Assembly (NCBI GenBank): GCA_050248855.1
Contig: JBFWRP010000002.1
Span: 96,001 to 160,000, forward strand
Length of the DNA stretch: 64,000 bases
Reading direction: 5' to 3'
From: Planctomycetota bacterium
Lineage (GTDB): Bacteria; Planctomycetota; PLA2; JAEUHO01
Part shown: positions 56,541 through 64,000 of the stretch, one piece after another
How the letters are laid out: each line of letters begins with the position of its first letter
How positions within the stretch are numbered: the stretch's first letter is position 1
Made by a program: the position numbers and the translations under genes
The notes under the pieces: generated by a model
What the model saw: only the letters and a program-made list of their open reading frames with translations
Told to the model about the DNA's origin: nothing
The model's database searches: none

Positions 56541-57593
56541 GTGACCGAGCAGGCCCACCCCGCCCCGCGGGCACTCCGCACCCGGCGCCTCTGGCTGCGG
56601 GCCTGGGACCCGGCCGATGCCGCGCTCCTGCGCCCCGTGCTGGACGCGTCCGACACCCATCTGAGGCCGTGGGTGCCCTTCCTGGAGGGCGAGCCGCGGA
56701 CGCTCGAGGCCACCCGTGAGCGCCTCGCCGGGTTTCGGCAGGCCTTCGAGGCCGGCAGGCAGCTGGTCTACGGGATCTTCACGCCCGACGGCTCGCGCGT
56801 CCTGGGCGAGGCCATGCTGTTCGGCGATCCGCCCGTCCGCGAGCTCGGCTTCTGGACGGCCGTGGACGCGGGACGCCAGGGCTACGCGCTCGAGGCCACG
56901 CAGGCGCTCCTCGACCTGGCCCGGGGCCTCTTGCCGACACGCCAGGTGCACTTGCGCTGCGCGCCCGGGAACGTGGCCTGCCAGGCGCTCGCGCGGCGGC
57001 TGGGCTTCGCCCACCGCACGACGAGCAGCGACGGGTTCGTGAACGCGCTCGGCCAAGAGCAGGACACGATGCACTGGGACCTCGCCGTCACGAGCCGCAC
57101 GCGCGAGGAGCGGGCGGGCGACGCGGACGCCGTCCGCCGCGTCGAGGAGGCGGCCTTCGAGGCCCCGGGTGAGGCGCGTCTGGTCGATCGCCTTCGCGGC
57201 GAGCCGGGCGTGGTCAGCGTGGTCGCCGAGCGCGCGGGCGAGGTCGTGGGCCATGTGCTGCTGTCGCCGGTGCTCGTGGAAGGTGCCGGGCCGCGTCGTG
57301 CGCTGGCGCTCGGGCCGATGGCCGTCCGTCCGGACCACCAGCGCGCTGGCCTCGGACGCGCGCTCGTCCGCCACGCCCTCGTGGCAGCGGAACGCGCGCA
57401 CGCCGACGTGGTGGTGGTGCTGGGCCACCCCGACTACTACCCGCGCTTTGGCTTCCGTCCGGCCCGCGGCCTGGGACTGCTCACGACCTACGACGTGCCC
57501 GACGACGTGTTCCTCGCGCTGCCGCTTTGCAGCGAGGCGACCGTGCCACGCGGGCTCGTGCACTACCACCCGGCCTTCGCCGATCTCGCATGA
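56541..57593 (+). CDS. Tandem GNAT acetyltransferase (RimJ/RimL-like plus YhbS-like)
   Basis: LRTRRLWLR, ELGFW..GRQGYA, N..LARRLGF; LGPMAV.P.HQ..GLG, VLGHPDYYPRFGF; AGGAGG RBS. Confidence 0.9.
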   Translation: MTEQAHPAPRALRTRRLWLRAWDPADAALLRPVLDASDTHLRPWVPFLEGEPRTLEATRERLAGFRQAFEAGRQLVYGIFTPDGSRVLGEAMLFGDPPVRELGFWTAVDAGRQGYALEATQALLDLARGLLPTRQVHLRCAPGNVACQALARRLGFAHRTTSSDGFVNALGQEQDTMHWDLAVTSRTREERAGDADAVRRVEEAAFEAPGEARLVDRLRGEPGVVSVVAERAGEVVGHVLLSPVLVEGAGPRRALALGPMAVRPDHQRAGLGRALVRHALVAAERAHADVVVVLGHPDYYPRFGFRPARGLGLLTTYDVPDDVFLALPLCSEATVPRGLVHYHPAFADLA

Positions 57594-58495
57594 CCGTGTC
57601 GTCGCACCGGCGACCCGCCGTGGGCGCCTACCTTGGGCGCATGCGCCCTTGGACCGCAGCCGGCCTTCTCGTCGTGGTGCTCGTCGACACGGTGTACGCC
57701 GTGCGCGCTGCGCGCTCGGAGGAGGGCCGCGACGCCAAGCCCACCGCCGCCACCCTGCGCATCGTCACGCTCAACGTGTGGGGTGTTCCGGGTGCGAAGG
57801 ACGCGGACGCGCGCTTGGCGCGCCTGCCCGCCGCGCTGAAGGCGCTGGACGCCGATGTCCTCTGCCTGCAGGAGGTATGGCTCAAGAGCTGGCGCACCCG
57901 CATCGCGCAGGCCCTGGCGCCGACGTACGTGGCCGCCGACGCCATCGGCGGCGGCCTCGTGGTGCTCTCGCGTCTACCGCTGCGGGACGCCTCGTTCACG
58001 CGGTTCCCCGAGCTCGAAGGGCTCTCGTTGGTCGAACGCCTGGCGGCGAAGGGCTGGCTGGAGGTCGTGGCCACGACGCCAGCGGGCGACGTACGCATCG
58101 TGACGACCCACCTCGCCCACCGCGGGCCCGCCGAAGAGCAGCTTGCGGTCCTCGTGGAGTCCCTGCGAGGACGGCAGGCTCTGCCGACGCTCCTGGCGGG
58201 CGACTTCAACCTCGCGCCGGACGACGACGCCATCGAGGACCTCCTGGCCTCCGGGTGGCGGGCCGCCTGCCCGGTCCGGACGCGCGCCGACGGATCGCCC
58301 GACCTGGGCCCCTACACGCGAGTGGGCTGGCCCCGCGTGGCGGGCGAGCCGCGGCGTGGCTGGCGGCCCGACCACGTGTTCGCGCGCGGGCTCGAGGTGG
58401 TCGACCACGCACTGGCCCTGGATGGCGTGGAGACCGCCCTCTCCGACCACAACGCCGTGCAGGTCACGCTGCGCCTGGCGCGCACGCCCCGGTAG
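57590..58495 (+). CDS. Endonuclease/exonuclease/phosphatase (EEP) family protein
   Basis: TLNVW, LQEVW, THL, GDFN, DHVF, SDH; start 57590 or 57641. Confidence 0.9.
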   Translation: MTVSSHRRPAVGAYLGRMRPWTAAGLLVVVLVDTVYAVRAARSEEGRDAKPTAATLRIVTLNVWGVPGAKDADARLARLPAALKALDADVLCLQEVWLKSWRTRIAQALAPTYVAADAIGGGLVVLSRLPLRDASFTRFPELEGLSLVERLAAKGWLEVVATTPAGDVRIVTTHLAHRGPAEEQLAVLVESLRGRQALPTLLAGDFNLAPDDDAIEDLLASGWRAACPVRTRADGSPDLGPYTRVGWPRVAGEPRRGWRPDHVFARGLEVVDHALALDGVETALSDHNAVQVTLRLARTPR

Positions 58496-58516
58496 GCAGG
58501 GGCCTCCACTGCGCCC

Positions 58517-61500
58517 TTGCGCCGAGGGACGCGCCTGACCGACCATGGGCCGGGACCGTCGGTCCTCCGCCGGGGGGGCGGTGGAGCGGCGGGCAGCGGT
58601 GGCTTGACGACCAGCGCACATCGGTGGCGGCGGGTACCCCAGGCGGCAGCCCTTGCCGTCGGCCTCCTCGTCGCGACGGCGAGCCACGCACGCGACGCCG
58701 CGCCACGCGAACGCGCACGTCTCGTGGTGCATGCGGCCTTCGAGGCGTCGGCCAACGCTGCCGTGTCTCGCGACGGCCGGCTCTTCGCGATGACGGCGAA
58801 CGGCGGCCCCGTCGAGATCTACGAGACGTTCAGCGGGCTCCTGCTGCAGAGCGTGCCCGTCGACAAGCAGTCCGACTTCCGTCTCGTCGCCTTTGCGCCG
58901 GGGGGCGATGTGCTCGCCGTGGCGGGCGGCCCCGATGCGCCCGGCCTCCTCGACGTGCGTCGCGGCACCTGGCTGCGACGCTTCGATCGTGTCCCGGTGC
59001 CGGCCACCGCCGTGGCCACGAGCGACGGCGGGGCTTGGTTGGCGGTGGGTGACGAGCAGGGTCGCATCCACCTGTTCGGGCGCGGGTCCGAGCCGCGCGC
59101 CACCATGGAGGCGCACGCGGGGCCCGTTCGGAGCTTGGCGATCTCCGCCGACGGGAAGGTGATCTGGAGCCTGGGCGAGGACGGTCGCGTCCGCCGGTGG
59201 ACCCAGCGCGGCCGCACGCGGGGACGCGGGACCGACCTGGGCGCGCCCGGCGTGGCCCTGGCCTCCACGGCGGATGCCGAGCACGTAGCGGCGCTCACCG
59301 CGGACGGTCGCGTGCACGTGCCGCCGAAGGATGGAACGACGTGGGATGTCCTGCCCGCTGCGCCCGCGACCGTGCGGGCCCTGGGCCTGGACGCCACCGG
59401 CGACGGTGTCACGCTGCTGACCGCGGACGGTCGCCTCTGGCGGCAGGGCCGGTCCGGCGGGCCGGCCCCCCTCGCTACGACCTCCGCGACCTACGACGCC
59501 AGCCAGGGGGTCGTGGCGGGGGACGGTGCCGTCGCCGTGCTCCGCACGGCGGACGCCTTCGTCCTCCGTCGCAGCGGCGCATCGCCGCGCGACCACCCGC
59601 TCGGCGCACCCGCCCGCCGGCCCGAGCAAGCGTGGTTCTCGCCGGGCGGCACGCTCTTGCTGCGTCTGGTCCAAAGCCCTGCGGAGCTGCGGCGCCTCGA
59701 GCTCTACGATCTCGCTACGGGCTTGCCGCTGGAGGGCGCCTACACGACCGAGCCCCTCGCGGGCGCTGCGGTGGCCCCCGACGACCGACGCCTCGCGGTC
59801 CTCGGCGCCGGCGACTCCAGCTCCGTACGCATCGTCGATCCAAGGACCGGTGCCACGCTCGTCAGCGTCGCGGCGACGGCGCCCGTCGACGGGACTGCCC
59901 TGTTCACGCCCGATGGCCAGCGCCTCCTCGTTGCCCTTCGCGATGGCTCCGTGGAGGTCCGGCGTGCGGACGACGGACGCTTGGAGCGCACCCTCCGTGC
60001 GGCGGGCGCCGAGCTGATGGGGCTGGACATCGATCCGGCGGGGCGCCATGTGCTGCGGGTCACCACGGACTTCGTGGTCACGGTGCACGACCTCGTGACC
60101 GGTGCCTGCGCCTACGAACACACCTACCCCGCCCAGCTGCGGACGGGGCGCTTCGTGGCGGACACGAAGCGCTACGTGATCCGCCGGCACGTCCCGGCCG
60201 TCGGCGTGGCCCCGTGGGCGTCCGGTGCGAAGCCGAAGCCACCCGTCGAGATCCCGGCGAACACCACGGACGAAGATGGAAGCCGGGCGGCCATCGAGAC
60301 GTTCGACGTGACGCGGGACGGTGCGTACGTGGCGGTCGCGGGGACGGACCGTCGCGCGCGCGTGTTCGACATCGCCACGGGACGCCTGCTCCAGACGTTC
60401 TCGCCGCACCGAGGCGTGGTCCGGCACGTCGCGTTCTCGCCCGACGGGACGCTGCTCGTGACGAGCGCGCCGTCGGACGGCACGAGCCGCCTCCACGACG
60501 TGGCCTCCGGGCGCCTGCTTGCCGTGATCGGGAGCGCCCCCGCGGACGGCCCGGTCGTGGATGGTGTCGTGCGCGGTGGTCGCGTGGCGTGGTACGTGGT
60601 CGACGACGAGGGGTGGATCGACGGCGCCCGCTTCGAGGCGTTGGGGGCCGTGGGCTGGAGCGATGGCGAACGCGGCTGGCGACTGGACGCGCTCGCCGCC
60701 GAGCGGCACGAGCCCGGGCTGCTCGCACGCGTGATCGCTCGGCGTCCGGCGCCCCGGCGGGCCCCAGGCGGCGCGGGCCCGCTGCCGCTGCCGCCCGTGG
60801 TGCACGTGGCACAGCCCGATCCGTCCATCGCCCGCGTCGACATCACGGTCGAGAACGGCGGCGGGGGCATCGGTGCCGTGCGCGTGGCCCTCAACGGTCG
60901 CGAAGTCGTGCGGGACGCACGCGGCGCGTCCTTCGCGCCGGACAGCGCGGTGGCCGACCTCACCGTGGACCTGTCCGGCGCCGCGAACCTGCTGCCCGGC
61001 GCCACGAACACGCTCGACGTGACCGCGTTCGACGCCACGAACCAGGTGCGCACACGCGGGCCCGCCGTGACGTTCCGGGCGCCCGGAAGCCCGCTGGCGG
61101 CCCCGGCGTTCCACGCCGTCGTGTGCGGCGTCAGCGACTACGCGGGCGAAGCGCTCGACCTCAAGTACCCGGCCAAGGACGCGCGCGACTTCGCGGCGGC
61201 GCTCGAGCTGGCGGCCACGGAGCTCTTCGGGAAGGGCGCGACGCACGTGCGCCGCCTGGGCGCACCCGCCGACGAGGGCGCCACGTTGGCCACGCGGGAG
61301 AACCTCCTCGCCGCCCTGCAGGACGTGGCCCGGGGGAGCAAGGCCAACGACACGGTGGTCGTGTACCTCGCCGGGCACGGCGTCTCGCCGGCGGGCGCGG
61401 CGGACAGCTACTGCTACCTGACCGCGGGAGCTTCCGGCGAGGGCGACGCGAAGGAGGCCCTACCGGGCAGCGAGCTCGTCCAGGCGCTCGCCGCCATCCC

Positions 61501-62269
61501 CGCCAACCGTCGCGCCGTGATCCTCGACACCTGCGCTGCCGGCGCCGTGCGAGATGCCCTCGGAGCGGGCGCGCTGGGAGCCTCCGAGGCCGTGCGCCTG
61601 CTCCGCGAACGGGAGGGCGTCTACGTGCTGGCGGGCTGCGCGGCCGATCGGGTCTCCTACGAATCCAACGTGTACGGCCAGGGCCTTCTCACCTACGCCC
61701 TGCTGCTCGGCATGTCCTGCGGCTGCCACTTCACCGATGGCGTGTTCGTGGACGTGGCCCGGCTCATGAGCTTCGCGTGCGAGCAGGTCCCCTGGCTCTG
61801 CCAGCAGATGGGCGTGGCCCAGCCGCAGCGTCCCGTGAAGGCCGAGGGGGAGACATCGTTTCCCCTGGGGCGTCTTGACCTCGAGGCCCGGACCCGCGTC
61901 CCCTTGGCACAGCCCCTGCCGGCGTTGGTGCGCGCGTCCTTCCACCGCGTGCGCCCGCCCACGGACACGCTGCTTCTGGGACCCGCCGTGGACGCTGCCG
62001 TGCGGAACCTGGGTGCCGATGTCTCCACGCGCGCACCGGTCGCGTTCGTCGACACCCCGCGCATGGTCGGCGCCTGGGGCCTGGCGGGCACGTACACGAT
62101 CTCGTCGGGCGTGGCCAAGGTGGACGCGTACCTCGTCCGGCAGGGCAAGGACGAGGAAGAGGTCGTCGTCGAGTTCCGCGTGGAGCACGCCGTCGCTTCG
62201 CCCGACGAGGTCGCGGCCCTGGCACGCTCCCTGGTCGACCGGGCCGTGGACGAGATCGCGTCGCGATGA
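58517..62269 (+). CDS. WD40-repeat plus caspase (peptidase C14) domain protein, probably exported
   Basis: Many AFSPDG-type repeats; GVSDY..LKYP.KDA, YLAGHG, LDTCAAG, GLLTYALL; start uncertain. Confidence 0.88.
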   Translation: MRRGTRLTDHGPGPSVLRRGGGGAAGSGGLTTSAHRWRRVPQAAALAVGLLVATASHARDAAPRERARLVVHAAFEASANAAVSRDGRLFAMTANGGPVEIYETFSGLLLQSVPVDKQSDFRLVAFAPGGDVLAVAGGPDAPGLLDVRRGTWLRRFDRVPVPATAVATSDGGAWLAVGDEQGRIHLFGRGSEPRATMEAHAGPVRSLAISADGKVIWSLGEDGRVRRWTQRGRTRGRGTDLGAPGVALASTADAEHVAALTADGRVHVPPKDGTTWDVLPAAPATVRALGLDATGDGVTLLTADGRLWRQGRSGGPAPLATTSATYDASQGVVAGDGAVAVLRTADAFVLRRSGASPRDHPLGAPARRPEQAWFSPGGTLLLRLVQSPAELRRLELYDLATGLPLEGAYTTEPLAGAAVAPDDRRLAVLGAGDSSSVRIVDPRTGATLVSVAATAPVDGTALFTPDGQRLLVALRDGSVEVRRADDGRLERTLRAAGAELMGLDIDPAGRHVLRVTTDFVVTVHDLVTGACAYEHTYPAQLRTGRFVADTKRYVIRRHVPAVGVAPWASGAKPKPPVEIPANTTDEDGSRAAIETFDVTRDGAYVAVAGTDRRARVFDIATGRLLQTFSPHRGVVRHVAFSPDGTLLVTSAPSDGTSRLHDVASGRLLAVIGSAPADGPVVDGVVRGGRVAWYVVDDEGWIDGARFEALGAVGWSDGERGWRLDALAAERHEPGLLARVIARRPAPRRAPGGAGPLPLPPVVHVAQPDPSIARVDITVENGGGGIGAVRVALNGREVVRDARGASFAPDSAVADLTVDLSGAANLLPGATNTLDVTAFDATNQVRTRGPAVTFRAPGSPLAAPAFHAVVCGVSDYAGEALDLKYPAKDARDFAAALELAATELFGKGATHVRRLGAPADEGATLATRENLLAALQDVARGSKANDTVVVYLAGHGVSPAGAADSYCYLTAGASGEGDAKEALPGSELVQALAAIPANRRAVILDTCAAGAVRDALGAGALGASEAVRLLREREGVYVLAGCAADRVSYESNVYGQGLLTYALLLGMSCGCHFTDGVFVDVARLMSFACEQVPWLCQQMGVAQPQRPVKAEGETSFPLGRLDLEARTRVPLAQPLPALVRASFHRVRPPTDTLLLGPAVDAAVRNLGADVSTRAPVAFVDTPRMVGAWGLAGTYTISSGVAKVDAYLVRQGKDEEEVVVEFRVEHAVASPDEVAALARSLVDRAVDEIASR

Positions 62270-64000
62270 CCGGTCGACGTCCGCCGCTGCTCGCAGCCCT
62301 CCTGCTCGGCTTGTCCTGCAGTGTCCCGGGAGGAGCGCGCGAGGACGCGGCAGCGACCGTACGGCTCCTGGTCCACCCGCCGCACGCGACGGCGATCTCG
62401 ACCCTGGCGGCATCGGCCGATGGGCGTGTGGCCGCCACCTGTGCCGCCGACGATCCCGTGTGCATCTGGGAGGTCGCGACGGGGCGCCTCCTGCAGCGCG
62501 TGCCCTCGGGGCCCAGGCCCAGCTTGCCGCCGCTGCTCGCCCTGTCCGCGGACGGGACCCGCGTCGTCGTCACGAGTGCACCCGGGGAAGCCGTCGTGTT
62601 CGACGTCGCTTCGGGCCAGGAGCTGCGTCGCGTCGATGCCGCGGGCGCCACCCTCACGGCCTTGGCCTTCCTACCCGACGGCAACACGGTCGTCGTGGCC
62701 GATGACCGCGGCGCCATCACCGGGTTCACGGGCTCGTCCAAGAAGCCGCGCTGGCAGCACAAGGTCCACGTGTCCGGCATCCAGGCCCTGGTGGTCGCGG
62801 CCGACGGCGGTCTGGTCATCACGGGCGGTGCCGACGGCGCGGTACGCGCCACGACGGTTTCCGGGCGCGAGCGGGCCGAGTGCGACGTGCCCTCGGGGTC
62901 CGTGTCCCATGTGGCCGCTTCGTCGGACGGCCTGTGGTTGGCCGCCGCGGACGCCCAGGGGGGCTTGCGCGTCTGGTCGTGCAAGGCGCCCAAGCGACCG
63001 CGCCACGTGCTGACGAGGTCCGGCGAGCCCTTCGTCGGGCTGGTGTTCGATGCGTCGGGCAGCGTCCTGTACGGCGCGCATGCGAAGGGGCCGCTGCGCA
63101 GCTGGCGTATCGACGGGGACGAGGCCGACGAGCAGACACCGCTTCCGCTCCAGGCCGAGACCCACCAGCATCTCGTGTCCGCGGGGCCCGGGCGCCTCCT
63201 GCTGGCCGCCGAGAAGCGCGCCGACGTGCTGGACGTGGCGCGCCACCAGGTGGTCGCCACCTTGGGCACGGCGTGCTTCTACCCGCACGAGATCGAGACC
63301 TCGCCGGGTGGCCAGCTGTTGCTCGTCGCCGGTTCCGACAGCTCGATCCGCACGTACGTGGACATCTACGACCTGTTCCTGGGACGGCTCTTGTGGCGCT
63401 TCCCGGCCTCCGGGGCGCGCATGGCCATGGTGTGCTCACCGGACGAGCGGCATGTCGTGCTCACGGAGCGCGACGGACGCCCCGTGATCGTCGACGTCCG
63501 GTCGTGCGAGGTCGTGCGTCCGCTGGTCGGTGCACCGGGCCCGGTATACGGCGCGGCGTGGTCGGCGGACGGCTACCGCATCGCGCTGGCGAGCGGCGAG
63601 GGCACGATCACGCTCCACGACGCCGCGACGGGCGTCGCCTCGGCGACATGGCGAGGGATCCCGGGCACGATTCGCAAGGTCGCCTTCTCGCCGCGTGGCG
63701 ATCTCGTGCTCGCCGCCACGGAGACCGCGGGCCTCGTCGTCCTGGATGCCGCCGACGGCAAGCGCGTCCACGAGCTGCCCTTCTCGGACTTCCTGCAGGG
63801 CGTGGCGTTCGGCGCCGACGGCACCACGCTGCACCACACCACGGGCATCTCCTCGACGACGGAGCGCGAGGTGTCCACGGGCCACGTGCGAGCCCTCTAC
63901 CCCGGCAAGGTCAAGGGCAAGATGGAGTCGGGCCACGACCAGATGGTCACGTGTCTGGAGGTCTCACGGGACACGCGTCTCCTGGCCACCGGCTCCTGGG
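62266..64000 (+). CDS. WD40-repeat protein, N-terminal part; runs off window end
   Basis: Not in ORF track. ATGA overlap; MTGRRPPLLAALLLGL signal peptide; ASADGR..CIWEVATGRLL, AFLPDG, AWSADG, AFSPRG. Confidence 0.85.
   Translation, partial: MTGRRPPLLAALLLGLSCSVPGGAREDAAATVRLLVHPPHATAISTLAASADGRVAATCAADDPVCIWEVATGRLLQRVPSGPRPSLPPLLALSADGTRVVVTSAPGEAVVFDVASGQELRRVDAAGATLTALAFLPDGNTVVVADDRGAITGFTGSSKKPRWQHKVHVSGIQALVVAADGGLVITGGADGAVRATTVSGRERAECDVPSGSVSHVAASSDGLWLAAADAQGGLRVWSCKAPKRPRHVLTRSGEPFVGLVFDASGSVLYGAHAKGPLRSWRIDGDEADEQTPLPLQAETHQHLVSAGPGRLLLAAEKRADVLDVARHQVVATLGTACFYPHEIETSPGGQLLLVAGSDSSIRTYVDIYDLFLGRLLWRFPASGARMAMVCSPDERHVVLTERDGRPVIVDVRSCEVVRPLVGAPGPVYGAAWSADGYRIALASGEGTITLHDAATGVASATWRGIPGTIRKVAFSPRGDLVLAATETAGLVVLDAADGKRVHELPFSDFLQGVAFGADGTTLHHTTGISSTTEREVSTGHVRALYPGKVKGKMESGHDQMVTCLEVSRDTRLLATGSW

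Noticed and set aside
57974..61378. Long antisense or alternate-frame ORFs (also 36787-39243, 53487-56426, 41140-43512 and many more)
   Set aside because: Arg/Ala/Gly/Pro-rich shadow ORFs expected at high GC, overlapping well-supported genes
1..64000. tRNA, rRNA, prophage, transposase or integrase genes
   Set aside because: None recognised by eye; a covariance-model scan would be needed to exclude small RNAs

Overview
Very GC-rich bacterial DNA. The gene repertoire (ECF sigma plus Ser/Thr kinase pair, GYF_2-trypsin proteins, HzsA-related lipoprotein, WD40-caspase) suggests Planctomycetota; this is an inference. No rRNA, tRNA or CRISPR array was seen. (1) 1-9440: a stress/dormancy-type island (baeRF, SDR, VKOR+SPW, SRPBCC, six-BON protein, Na/Ca exchanger) around a sigma-54 enhancer-binding protein, with nine sigma-54 -24/-12 motifs. 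(2) A 174-bp MITE-like element and two toxin-antitoxin-like pairs. (3) 15156-23931: a PqqD/RRE protein carrying a fused lasso-leader-like tail, followed by an HPr-kinase-like enzyme, two GT2s, a nucleotidyltransferase, a Glf-like mutase and a large GT, with no lasso cyclase. (4) A P-loop kinase / cyclic-phosphate receiver / REC operon and a SauUSI-like PLD-helicase-DUF3427 nuclease next to gene remnants. (5) mddA, then two paralogous TPR/HEAT genes bracketed by a 42-bp double-palindrome repeat, then hipBA. (6) An ArsM-like methyltransferase with an in-frame UGA and a SECIS-like hairpin, probably a selenoprotein. (7) Signalling and secreted proteins. All calls come from reading motifs by eye; no database searches were run.
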